Source: Gammaproteobacteria bacterium
Lineage (GTDB): Bacteria; Pseudomonadota; Gammaproteobacteria; Pseudomonadales; Halieaceae
Length of the DNA stretch: 64,000 bases
Direction of reading: 5' to 3'
Assembly (NCBI GenBank): GCA_030427485.1
Contig: JAUICG010000004.1
Location: 122,955 to 186,954, forward strand
The notes under the pieces are model-generated. The model had not been told where the DNA came from. It did no database searches and worked only from the letters and a program-made list of their open reading frames with translations. Position 1 is the stretch's first letter, and each line of letters starts with the position of its first letter. The translations under genes and the position numbers were made by a program. Of the stretch, positions 44,372 to 53,197 are shown one piece after another.

Positions 44372-45811
44372 ATGAACGCACCGGCTCAGAACGAGCAGAA
44401 GTGGCTGCGCTGTATGAGTTCCGGCAGGAAGAGCTTCGAGGGACGGAAGCTCGACAAGGCCCTCAATTCGTTCCGCAAAGCGGTCAGGATTCTCCCGCAG
44501 CGGAAGGAGGGCTGGGTCAACCTGGGTTCCACGCTGCTGGAGGCGAAGCGTTACCAGGAGGCCGCCCGCGCGCTGGAGAGGGCGATATCCATCGACAACC
44601 GGTTGATGCTCGCCCACCTGCTGCTGGGTGACTGCCTGCGCATGTCGGGTAAGCGGCCGGAAGCCAGTGCCTGCTACCGCAACGCCCTGGCCCTGCAACG
44701 CTCACCCTTATCCCTTAACAGGATGGCCTGTGCGTTGCGGGAGGACAAAAAACTCGATCTGGCGGAGGGGCTCTATCGGGAAGCGCTTTCCATGGATTCC
44801 GGTTTCACGCTGGCCAGGGTCAACCTGGCCACTCTGGAGGTAGAGAGGTGTAACACCGACAGGGCCAGGGAGCATTTGAACGCACTGGCGGGTGCCATGC
44901 TCGCGCCCGCGGAGCAGCAGGAAGTCGATTCCGCCAACTGGGCACTGACAGAATTCCAGCGGCTGGATACGCCCATCAACACCCTGGTACAGGAGGGCGA
45001 CAGCTCACTACTGGAGCACGCCCTGCGGGCGAGCCCCGCGATGGGAGTCGACCAGGAACTGCTTGCTGCTATTCAGCGCTATGCGCGGTCGGCGCGCCGC
45101 CTGTCCCATGGAGAAGCGATCTCCGGGGGTGTCGTGCTGGATGACTGGCCGGAGATCGAGGCAGCCTTCCTTATTCCCCTTGTGAGCGAGTTCGAGGAAT
45201 ACCGCCTGCTTCGGAGTCACCGGGAGGCGGGCAGGCTTCCCGGCGAGGACCGGCAAAAACTGGAGCAGTGGGTACAGACGATAACGACCGCAAGGGCCTG
45301 CCGGGATGACATGCTCGATCCGCTCAAGGCGGAACTGCAGCTCAGGTACTGGCATGCCCTGGCCTGCAAAGACAGCAGCGAGTTGCAGCCCGGGCACTTC
45401 AAGTACGTCGTGAACTGGATTCCCACGAATCCGAACCAGCGCCGGGTTTCGCCGGCGCAGGCGTCCGGAACCTTCCGTCACTTTATCGAGGCGATATACG
45501 GCAAGCTGGAACCTGGCTACGGACGCGCCGCCACGGTGTACATGGCGCTTGTCGACCTGCACCTGTTCTCCGACGGCAACGGACGCATTGCGCGGAACTG
45601 GCTGAACCGGGAACTGGAATGGGCGGGGCTGGTACCCTGCCTGTTCCGCAAGGGGCAAAAAACAAGCGATGGCTTCAAGCAGGCGATATTCGCGGTGCGC
45701 GGCGCCGGTGGAGACCTGTCCCCACTGATTGAGTTCATAAAAGCGTGCCAGCGGGAAGCCCTGGCATGCTGCGAGGCGCTCCGGCAGGACTCCGGGCCGC
45801 AGTCTCGTTGA
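44372..45811 (+). CDS. TPR-repeat / Fic-domain fusion protein
   Basis: 479 aa. N-terminal TPRs (...ALNSFRKAVRILPQRKEGWVNLGSTLLEAKRYQEAARALERAISIDN...). C-terminal Fic motif DLHLFSDGNGRIARNWLN, matching HxFxxGNGRxxR. Confidence 0.8.
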   Translation: MNAPAQNEQKWLRCMSSGRKSFEGRKLDKALNSFRKAVRILPQRKEGWVNLGSTLLEAKRYQEAARALERAISIDNRLMLAHLLLGDCLRMSGKRPEASACYRNALALQRSPLSLNRMACALREDKKLDLAEGLYREALSMDSGFTLARVNLATLEVERCNTDRAREHLNALAGAMLAPAEQQEVDSANWALTEFQRLDTPINTLVQEGDSSLLEHALRASPAMGVDQELLAAIQRYARSARRLSHGEAISGGVVLDDWPEIEAAFLIPLVSEFEEYRLLRSHREAGRLPGEDRQKLEQWVQTITTARACRDDMLDPLKAELQLRYWHALACKDSSELQPGHFKYVVNWIPTNPNQRRVSPAQASGTFRHFIEAIYGKLEPGYGRAATVYMALVDLHLFSDGNGRIARNWLNRELEWAGLVPCLFRKGQKTSDGFKQAIFAVRGAGGDLSPLIEFIKACQREALACCEALRQDSGPQSR

Positions 45812-45839
45812 TGCCCGGTAGCGCCGCGCCAACGGGTAA

Positions 45840-46880
45840 TTACACTGTGGCGGTCACGTGCAGTCCGGCCTCCCGATCCCGCGCCACTTGCGTACGCAGG
45901 TAGTCGCGCAGCAATGCACGCCGTTCGTCCGCTGCGACCGGCGGTGGCTTCCTGTCGAGGCGCCCCTGCGCCAGCGCCCGGCGGTATTCCCCGACGAAAG
46001 CCTTGTCGTAGCGGGATATCTCCGGGTAGTTATCGATGGCGAAGTCGCGGAACCAGCCCCGGGCCAGGGTCGTGCAGATTCTTCGCAAGGCGTGCTGGAA
46101 GCCGTCATTTTCAGCGTAGTCGATGCCGAGGTCCTGCGCAGGAATCAGGACACGCTCCAGCGCCAGCGCGTAGCACTCCTCCCGGACGAGGCGTATCCGC
46201 TCATCGTGGGACAGCCGTTCGAAACTGGCGGCGGGTACATAGGCGAGATCGGCGTTTTCCTTCATTTGCTGGTACATGGGCACACTGCCATAGCAGGTTA
46301 CCCGGTGCAGATCGTCATGTTCATGCACGCGCAGCCAGGGGTACTTGAAGTCCTGGAAGAACGCCTCGTTGCTGACCCGCATGGTAAAGTCGCTGTCCGA
46401 GACCGCATCCAGGCGACCGGTCACCTCCGAGCGCAGGCCCGCGAAGGCCGCCCGTTCCGCGGCCGTGGGATTCAGGGGCCCCACTTGCTCAAGCAGGGCA
46501 TGGTACAGACTTATCGCCCGGTGCCAGCCGCGGGCCTCATACAGGTAAGCCCGCTTTATCAACAGCACACTGGCGGGAGACGCTATGCGGATTTCAACGC
46601 TGCCGCCAACGGGCAGCCTGGTGCTATCGCGGTTGGCGGCAATGAAGGGGATGCGGGCATCGCCATCCCGCAGCATTCTCACCGGGATGCGGTGATCCGC
46701 AACCCGCAGGTAGCCGCGGTGGCCGGACTCGTCGGTGTGGTCCCGGGAAAGCAGGGCGCCCTCAAGCGCCGGAGCATCTTCCGCCGAAGCCCACAATTCC
46801 CAGTCGTTTTCATCGATGTCTGTGCACAATGCCGGCCCGGACAACGCCAGGGCCCGATATGCGGTCAGTAACATTGCCAC
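45840..46880 (-). CDS. Hypothetical protein
   Basis: 346-aa ORF convergent with the TPR-Fic gene. Composition is ordinary and no motif is recognisable. The overlapping + strand ORF 45858-46871 is R/G/P-rich and looks like a shadow. Confidence 0.55.
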   Translation of the reverse strand: MAMLLTAYRALALSGPALCTDIDENDWELWASAEDAPALEGALLSRDHTDESGHRGYLRVADHRIPVRMLRDGDARIPFIAANRDSTRLPVGGSVEIRIASPASVLLIKRAYLYEARGWHRAISLYHALLEQVGPLNPTAAERAAFAGLRSEVTGRLDAVSDSDFTMRVSNEAFFQDFKYPWLRVHEHDDLHRVTCYGSVPMYQQMKENADLAYVPAASFERLSHDERIRLVREECYALALERVLIPAQDLGIDYAENDGFQHALRRICTTLARGWFRDFAIDNYPEISRYDKAFVGEYRRALAQGRLDRKPPPVAADERRALLRDYLRTQVARDREAGLHVTATV

Positions 46881-47136
46881 CCCGATACCTGAATTCTGTG
46901 GCGGATACGCGCTGCAGTCGCCATGCTGTTATTATCGCCCCGGGCAGTTGAACCGTACAAGCGAAGCGCCGTGCGCTGGATCAAGCTAGCTCGATTTCCT
47001 AGGTATATTCTTCGTCGCTGTATGCACGTTCGTTTTGCCGCTTGACTGATTTCACCGGCAACGGACAGTTGGGAAGCGGGGTCGATTCCGGTTGCATCGG
47101 ACCGAAAACTCCAGCATCCTTATCAGCACAAAAGCC

Positions 47137-47149
47137 AATGATTCTCATT
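47137..47149. promoter_or_regulatory. Fur-box-like palindrome
   Basis: AATGATTCTCATT (AATGA-N3-TCATT core of the Fur consensus), ~100 nt upstream of the small membrane-protein/PepSY operon. Confidence 0.4.
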
Positions 47150-47252
47150 GCTTTCTGAAACGCGCTACTGCGCCCGAGGCGAGGTTTACACCAGGCCCGA
47201 GTGACGGCAGCTGAAAAATGGTGCCTTTATCAACACGATCTTCACAAGCCTG

Positions 47253-47519
47253 TTGCTGGCGACCGCTTCCGGGGGACTCAGCCATTTGGCGGTGCGCTAT
47301 ACATGTGGCGCAGGCCGGCTTTCGTTGCTGGCTCTCGCGCTGGCGCTGCTGGCCTGGTCATTCATTCCAGGACGCGCCCTGGGTGGATTCTGGCCGGGAG
47401 TCTATGCGCTGTTATCCGCCTTCTTCCTGGCCTGCATGGCGATGCCTCTTCTGGATCTCCTGGTCCGCCGCGCACTGCGTGTGGCCTCCAGTGAACGAGA
47501 AGACGCTGATGCTGGCTAG
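47253..47519 (+). CDS. Small membrane protein
   Basis: 88 aa. ...GRLSLLALALALLAWSFIPGRALGGFWPGVYALLSAFFLACMAMPLLDLLV forms two clear TM helices. I prefer it over the N-terminal half of track ORF 47218-47772, which is W/C/R-rich. Confidence 0.5.
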   Translation: MLATASGGLSHLAVRYTCGAGRLSLLALALALLAWSFIPGRALGGFWPGVYALLSAFFLACMAMPLLDLLVRRALRVASSEREDADAG

Positions 47520-47772
47520 ATCACTGGTCGCCTTGTTGCTCTCGATGCCTGCGACTGTCGCACTGCTCGGCTCGTTCTTGGCGATACTGCCGTCCACCAG
47601 CCAGTTTACCCTGCCCGCGCTGTTGATGGTCTTTCCGGTCTGGGTCGGGATGGCCTGCGCCAGCTACCTGATGCCGACGGCACGCGGCGCTGCGGCGGTC
47701 CTGTGCGGCCTTACAGCGTTGGGTTTCGGGCTGATCGCCGCACTAAAATTCCTCGGGATCTCCGGAGTATGA
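47509..47772 (+). CDS. Small membrane protein (DUF3649-like position upstream of PepSY gene)
   Basis: In-frame ATG at 47509 within track ORF 47218-47772. The product MLARSLVALLLSMPATVALLGSFLAILP...VFPVWVGMACASYLMP...LTALGFGLIAALKFLGISGV has three TM helices. Its stop overlaps the next start (ATGA). Confidence 0.5.
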   Translation: MLARSLVALLLSMPATVALLGSFLAILPSTSQFTLPALLMVFPVWVGMACASYLMPTARGAAAVLCGLTALGFGLIAALKFLGISGV

Positions 47773-49394
47773 AGACCTCGACATTGAAAACGTTTCTCGA
47801 CGTACACACCTGGACAGGCCTGGGTTCCGGCCTTGCCCTGTTCATTGCGTTTTACACCGGCGCGCTGACTGTTTTCTGGACGGAACTGGACATATGGGAT
47901 CACTACCGGGACCAGCCCGCACAACACCAGGACTTCCAACAGGCCCAGCAGTTACTCGATCAGGCACTCATCGAGCAACCTGGCGCCGCGGACGCCGTGC
48001 GGCTGGACCTGTCGGCGCCGGACAAGCCCGGCCACCTGGTCCGCTGGTTCGAGCGCCTCGAAGACGACTCCTTTGAGCGGCACGAGTTTCGGCTACAGGC
48101 GGCAGGTACGCTCGACACGGAAGCCGACGACGCCAGCCTCGCGAACTTTATCTACCGGCTCCACTACACTGCGGGCCTGCCGGAAAGTTTCGGCCTCTAC
48201 GTGCTGGGCATCGTCTGCGTGATTTACGGGGTGGCCCTGGTCACGGGCCTGCTTGTGTTCCTGCCCAATTTCGTGCGCGACCTGTTCATCGTGCGGCCGG
48301 GACGCAACAAGAAACGGTTCTGGCTCGATACGCACAATGTAGTCGGCGTCTTATCGCTGCCCTGGCATATCGTGTTCGCGTGGAGCAGTGCCTTGCTGGC
48401 CATCGGGTTGTTCGTGCTGGCACCGTTCCAGTACCTGGTATTCAAAGAGGACCTGCAGGTCCTGCTCGGTAAGGAACTTGGCGCCATCGAACACCTGGAG
48501 CCGACAGGAGAATCTGCGCCGGTTCTCCCTGTAGCAAGCATCGTGGAAGTTGCCCAGCGCGCATTGCCCGGTATTGAACCTAGCCAGCTCCGCTATGACC
48601 ACGTCGGCGATGCGAATGCGACCGTCGCCGTGCGCGGCAGGGTCGAATCCGGCACGCTCTACCCGTTCGCTACTGTTTTTATGAATGCGAGCAGTGGAGA
48701 TGTGTTCCATATTCATGACCCCGCCCAGGCATCGATGGGCTCCACCTTCTACAACGGGCTGGTATCCCTGCACTTTGCCACATTTGGCGGCTACGTCACC
48801 CGCTGGCTATATTTCGTCCTCGGCCTCGCCGGGGCGTTTTTATTCTATTCGGGGAACCTGCTGTGGATCGAATCCCGGCGCAAGCGGCGCAGCAGCGAGC
48901 AGACGCGCGGCGCAGTGTTCCTGGCACGGCTGAATAGCGGCGTGTGCATAGGCTGTATCGCCGGCGTGTCTGCGGCCTTCCTCGCAAGCCGCGGTTTTGC
49001 CGGCATCGCCGGCCGCGCTGCACTGACTGAATCTGCCTATTTCGCCGTTTTCTTCCTGTCGATAGCCTGGTGTTACCTGCGCCCCGTAGCGGCCGGCAGC
49101 CGCGATCTGCTCTACCTAGCCGCCGTGCTCACCGCCGCTATTCCGCTGGTGGACCTGGCACTGGTCGATACCCCGCCTTGGCCGGAAGTGCTGGGGAGCC
49201 ACTGGGCCCTGCTGATGATTGATGCGTTGGCGATCTTCTCGGCACTGGCGCTGTGGCGAATGGGTGCGGCGGTACAGCGGCGCTCGCAACGCGGTGAATC
49301 CAATAGTGTCTGGTCAGCCGACAGGGTCAGCGCGCACCCCGGTGAACCGCGAATCCGACTGGAAACTTCCTTGCACTCGGAATCGGCCGGATAA
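47769..49394 (+). CDS. PepSY-associated TM-helix (PiuB-like) membrane protein
   Basis: The in-frame ATG at 47769 gives MKTSTLKTFLDVHTWTGLGSGLALFIAFYTGALTVF, the usual PepSY_TM N-terminus. The protein is polytopic and lies next to a TonB-dependent receptor. Confidence 0.8.
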   Translation: MKTSTLKTFLDVHTWTGLGSGLALFIAFYTGALTVFWTELDIWDHYRDQPAQHQDFQQAQQLLDQALIEQPGAADAVRLDLSAPDKPGHLVRWFERLEDDSFERHEFRLQAAGTLDTEADDASLANFIYRLHYTAGLPESFGLYVLGIVCVIYGVALVTGLLVFLPNFVRDLFIVRPGRNKKRFWLDTHNVVGVLSLPWHIVFAWSSALLAIGLFVLAPFQYLVFKEDLQVLLGKELGAIEHLEPTGESAPVLPVASIVEVAQRALPGIEPSQLRYDHVGDANATVAVRGRVESGTLYPFATVFMNASSGDVFHIHDPAQASMGSTFYNGLVSLHFATFGGYVTRWLYFVLGLAGAFLFYSGNLLWIESRRKRRSSEQTRGAVFLARLNSGVCIGCIAGVSAAFLASRGFAGIAGRAALTESAYFAVFFLSIAWCYLRPVAAGSRDLLYLAAVLTAAIPLVDLALVDTPPWPEVLGSHWALLMIDALAIFSALALWRMGAAVQRRSQRGESNSVWSADRVSAHPGEPRIRLETSLHSESAG

Positions 49395-49472
49395 ATTGAA
49401 GCGCTGCTGCTGGTGCACGGTATAGCCCGGAGAGGGGCTGGCGTGCTGCAGTCCTGCCCCCGCAATTATATT

Positions 49473-49491
49473 AATGATAATTATTATCATT
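49473..49491. promoter_or_regulatory. Fur box
   Basis: AATGATAATTATTATCATT is a near-perfect match to the 19-bp Fur consensus (GATAATGATAATCATTATC). It lies 40 nt upstream of the receptor gene start. Confidence 0.75.
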
Positions 49492-49530
49492 TAGTTTAAA
49501 ATTCCGATTTTTGAAGGCTCGGAGACCCCG

Positions 49531-51702
49531 ATGTGTTTTTGTCGTAACGCCGTCATCACCCTCGTCCTGGCGGCGTTCTGCCCCTGGTTGACCGCAGAGG
49601 AACTACCCGAGGAGAAAATGAAAATGGAGGAATTGTTGGTGACCGGCAAGCTCACCCGCACCTCGGCCACGAAATCCGATACGCCGATCATGGAAACGTC
49701 GCGTTCCGTCGACATCATCCCTGAGCATCTGCTGATCGACCGCGGCGCCCTTCACCTCGACAACGCGCTCACATACAATGCCGGCGTCGTGGGCATGCCC
49801 TACGGTTTCGCAACCCGCGGTGATTTCGCATTCATCCGCGGTCTCGAGGGCCCTTTATACCAGGACAGCCTTCAGTCGCTGTTCGGAAACTATAACAACC
49901 CGCGGCCGGACATCTACAACATCGAACAGGTGGAAATACTCAAGGGTCCGGCGGGCGCGCTGTATGGCAAAGGCTCTCCCGGTGGCCTGATCAATATCGT
50001 GAGCAAACGCCCGCAGGAAGCGGCCCGCCGGGAGTTGATGGGTGCGTTCGGGAATTTCAACTACGGCGAAGCGGCAATCGACTTTACCGGCCCGCTCGAC
50101 GACCAGGGGCAGTGGCTGTATCGCCTGGTCGCGGTCTATCGCGAGACTGATACCCAGGTGAATCACGTGGACGACAATCGTCGCGTGCTGGCGCCCTCGC
50201 TGACCTGGCGCCCGACGGACCGGACCGATATCACACTGCTGGCGGCATTAAACCGTACTCGGGCAGACACTGCCGCTCAGTTCCTCAATCTCTCTGGCAC
50301 CCTGTACCCGGCCGCCAACGGGCAGCGCATCGATTACGATGCGTACATGGGGGATACAAGCTTCAACAAGTACAACCCGGAGAGCAAGTCTGTGACGGTG
50401 CTGGTCAACCAGGAGTTAAACGACGTCTGGAGCATGGAGGTGAACAGCCGCTATACCGATGCGAAAGCGGATTACCAGCAGACGTGGGCCACGTTCGGGT
50501 TCGCACCCCCGATTCCGCGGTACTCTCCGGCGTACATCAATAATGACCGCTACCTGTACAATGCCGATGGCACGCTTTACCAGAACGGCCTGGTTCCGCG
50601 CACGTGGTCCCGCGCCGACTCGACCTCTGAGCAGTACGCGATCGACACCCGCTTTCGCGCGGATTTCACCACTGGAGCAGTCGGCCACGAGGTCCTGATG
50701 GGTGCTCAGTACCAAGATGTTTCGACCAGTACCTCCGGGTACAATGCCTACGCGCTGGGCTACGGCGTGATCTCGGGCGGACTCAACAGCCCGTTTGGTG
50801 ACGCTTACTGGATCGACGTGTTCAACCCGTCGAGCGCGGTCGGGCCCTCGGAGCAGGTGCTGGCAGACCTGTACTACACGGAGCAGCCTAACGTCGACTC
50901 CACCGATATGGGCGTTTACATCAGCGACCAGATGACAATAGGTCGCTGGATACCCACGCTGGGCGTACGCTTCGACCAGACCGAAACCGATGATGTGGAC
51001 AGCACGCAGAGTGACTCCAAGGTCAGCACCAGCGTCGGGCTGCTGTACCAGCTCGACAACGGATTGGCGCCTTACGTTAGCTACGCCGACACGTTCGAGC
51101 CTGAAATCGGGGATAACGGCCGGGGTGAGGCGCTGGATCCGAGGGAAGGAAGGCAGTACGAAGCGGGAATCAAGTATGAACCAGACGCATATCCCGGCCT
51201 GATTACGCTCGCCGCGTTCGACATCCACCAGACCAATCTTCCCGACCCCCTCGCCAGGCCGGGGTTCTACGAACAGCAGTCCGGCAAGGCGAAGATCCGC
51301 GGCGTTGAGTTGGAGAGCCAGGTGGCGCTGGGTGCCTTTTTCTGGCAGTTCAGTTTCAGCCAACTCGACACGCAGAATCCCGAGGGTTACCGGCTCGCCA
51401 GCGTACCGGACACCCAGGCTTCCACCTGGCTGAGCTACCGGCCGCAGGGCGCCTGGTCGGGCTTCAAGAGCGGTGTGGGAATACGTTACGTTGGTGACTC
51501 CCGGGACGGAGCGGACCGCAACAGGACGTCATCCTACACGCTGGGGGACCTGATGATCGGGTACGAACAGCTCAATTGGGATATCGCGCTGAACGTGAAC
51601 AATGTCACCGACAAGGAGTTCCTCGCCACCTGCCTGGCGCGTAGCGACTGTTTTCCCGGCGCACGGCGCACGGTGGTCGGCACTGTCCGTTACATCTTCT
51701 GA
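49531..51702 (+). CDS. TonB-dependent siderophore receptor
   Basis: 723 aa. Signal peptide. TonB-box-like EELLVTG. Plug motifs (...IEQVEILKGPAGALYGKGSPGGLINIVSKRP). The C-terminal beta-barrel ends in ...GTVRYIF. Confidence 0.92.
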   Translation: MCFCRNAVITLVLAAFCPWLTAEELPEEKMKMEELLVTGKLTRTSATKSDTPIMETSRSVDIIPEHLLIDRGALHLDNALTYNAGVVGMPYGFATRGDFAFIRGLEGPLYQDSLQSLFGNYNNPRPDIYNIEQVEILKGPAGALYGKGSPGGLINIVSKRPQEAARRELMGAFGNFNYGEAAIDFTGPLDDQGQWLYRLVAVYRETDTQVNHVDDNRRVLAPSLTWRPTDRTDITLLAALNRTRADTAAQFLNLSGTLYPAANGQRIDYDAYMGDTSFNKYNPESKSVTVLVNQELNDVWSMEVNSRYTDAKADYQQTWATFGFAPPIPRYSPAYINNDRYLYNADGTLYQNGLVPRTWSRADSTSEQYAIDTRFRADFTTGAVGHEVLMGAQYQDVSTSTSGYNAYALGYGVISGGLNSPFGDAYWIDVFNPSSAVGPSEQVLADLYYTEQPNVDSTDMGVYISDQMTIGRWIPTLGVRFDQTETDDVDSTQSDSKVSTSVGLLYQLDNGLAPYVSYADTFEPEIGDNGRGEALDPREGRQYEAGIKYEPDAYPGLITLAAFDIHQTNLPDPLARPGFYEQQSGKAKIRGVELESQVALGAFFWQFSFSQLDTQNPEGYRLASVPDTQASTWLSYRPQGAWSGFKSGVGIRYVGDSRDGADRNRTSSYTLGDLMIGYEQLNWDIALNVNNVTDKEFLATCLARSDCFPGARRTVVGTVRYIF

Positions 51703-51752
51703 CGGCACGTGGGACATCACTTATTCCGCCACCATCCCAACAGGATTGTGTT

Positions 51753-52910
51753 ATGAGCAACTATGCCACATCGCGCTGGTTTCGCGTCAACCTCTGGCTT
51801 CATCGCTGGAGCAGTCTGGTCGCGACGATTCCCTTTCTGATCCTGTGTCTCACCGGTACCGTGCTGATTTTCCATGAAGAGATAGACCACGCCCTGGGCC
51901 ACGAGCCGGAGTTACACGAGACTCTGCCGGAACAGCAGCGACCACTGGCTGTGGCGATCGACAAGGTGCATGCGCAGTTCCCGGGCGAGCGCGTGCTCTC
52001 CACCAGCTTTGATCCCGAGGGCCACCCGGGCATGCAACTGCTGGTAACCGCCCCCAGGGATAACACCGGCTTTGACAATGCGAGGCTGCGCTTCGCCGAT
52101 CTCGCCACCGGTGAACTGGTGGCGGAATCCGACCCGGCCAGGACGCTGACCGGTTTTCTGCTCGAACTGCACGCGCAGTGGTTCCTGGGGCCTGTGGGTG
52201 AGTTGATCGGTGCGCTGATTGCCCTGCTGGTTCTGATTTCGCTGGTCTCCGGCATGGTGGTGTACGCACCCTACGTGAAGCGGGTTGCGTTCGGTGTGCT
52301 GCGACGCAGTCGCGGGCCGCGCCTGCTTCAACTGGACCTGCACAACTTCATTGGCGCCCTGGTATTGGGCTGGGCACTGGTTGTCACTGTGACCGGTCTT
52401 GCGTTGGGTTTCGGCACCCTGGCGCTCGGTATCTGGCAAATGACAGAGCTGGGGCCTATGCGCGAACAGGTCGCGGCCATGCAGCCGGTGGACAGCCGGT
52501 CCCCGCCGGCTGACGCAGACGCGGCATTTGCCGCCGCGCAAGCCGGTGCGGGGGAAGGCTGGAACGTGGTCACGCTAATTCTACCGGACACCGAGTTTTC
52601 CACGCCACGCCACTACACCGCCTTGCTCGTAGGCAGTGAGGGTGTGGAAGAACGCTTGTTTCGCGTCGTCGTCATCGACGCCAGGACCGGGGAGTTGACT
52701 CTGGTGCCGCAGGTACCCTGGTACATCATGGCTATCTCACTGTCCGAACCGCTGCACTTCGGCGATTATGGCGGCCTGCCGCTAAAGCTTCTGTGGACCG
52801 CGTGCACCTGGCTCACGCTGTTCATCACTGCCAACGGCGCATGGCTGTGGTGGGATCGGCGCCGCCGGCGCACATCGAAGGCTGTGGCGGCTGAAGGCGT
52901 GTCGGCATGA
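51753..52910 (+). CDS. PepSY domain-containing membrane protein
   Basis: 385 aa. The N-terminus ...RWFRVNLWLHRWSSLVATIPFLILCLTGTVLIFHEEID and C-terminus ...EPLHFGDYGGLPLKLLWTACTWLTLFITANGAWLWW are typical of the PepSY_TM family. Confidence 0.85.
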   Translation: MSNYATSRWFRVNLWLHRWSSLVATIPFLILCLTGTVLIFHEEIDHALGHEPELHETLPEQQRPLAVAIDKVHAQFPGERVLSTSFDPEGHPGMQLLVTAPRDNTGFDNARLRFADLATGELVAESDPARTLTGFLLELHAQWFLGPVGELIGALIALLVLISLVSGMVVYAPYVKRVAFGVLRRSRGPRLLQLDLHNFIGALVLGWALVVTVTGLALGFGTLALGIWQMTELGPMREQVAAMQPVDSRSPPADADAAFAAAQAGAGEGWNVVTLILPDTEFSTPRHYTALLVGSEGVEERLFRVVVIDARTGELTLVPQVPWYIMAISLSEPLHFGDYGGLPLKLLWTACTWLTLFITANGAWLWWDRRRRRTSKAVAAEGVSA

Positions 52911-53083
52911 AAGGGCGTCGCACGATGCGACTGGTACTCACCCTCGCACTGCTCAGTGTGGGTGGGCTGATCGGCATGCTGGTCGCCACTAACGATTGGG
53001 ATCTTGCGTACTTCCTGCTGTCCGCCCTGCCGATAGTGGTCGGCGGCTGGTGCGCCTGGCTGATGCGCGGCAAAACCAGGTAG
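52907..53083 (+). CDS. Small (58 aa) two-TM membrane protein
   Basis: Below the ORF-track size cut-off. Its ATG overlaps the PepSY stop (ATGA). The product is MKGRRTMRLVLTLALLSVGGLIGMLVATNDWDLAYFLLSALPIVVGGWCAWLMRGKTR. Confidence 0.45.
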   Translation: MKGRRTMRLVLTLALLSVGGLIGMLVATNDWDLAYFLLSALPIVVGGWCAWLMRGKTR

Positions 53084-53197
53084 TGCCACGCCCCGGGTCG
53101 ATTCCCCGTGGCCTTGCGCGCGGATGACGGCGACAGGCTGGCGCGTGACAAGACTGCGCTGCGGTTCAGTGAAACTGTTGGTCGGGCGGGTTCATTC

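Noticed and set aside
45008-46871. ORF 45008-45832 (-) inside the TPR-Fic gene, and ORF 45858-46871 (+) opposite the 346-aa hypothetical
   Set aside because: R/G/P/A-rich products typical of antisense frames in GC-rich DNA. The opposite-strand ORFs have normal composition and, for TPR-Fic, clear motifs.
47075-47095. tRNA-like T-arm string ggaagcGGGGTCGATTCCGGttgc as a tRNA fragment or att site
   Set aside because: The flanking bases cannot form a T-stem or acceptor stem, and no CCA or anticodon arm is recognisable.
47218-47508. N-terminal half of the 184-aa ORF 47218-47772
   Set aside because: It is a W/C/R-rich sequence with no hydrophobic pattern. The alternative frame (47253-47519) gives a clean two-TM protein.
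50416-51363. 315-aa minus ORF inside the 723-aa TonB receptor gene, and 53108-54178 (+) inside the 741-aa receptor gene
   Set aside because: They are antisense shadows. The products are V/R/G/A-rich, and the receptor frames carry plug and barrel motifs.
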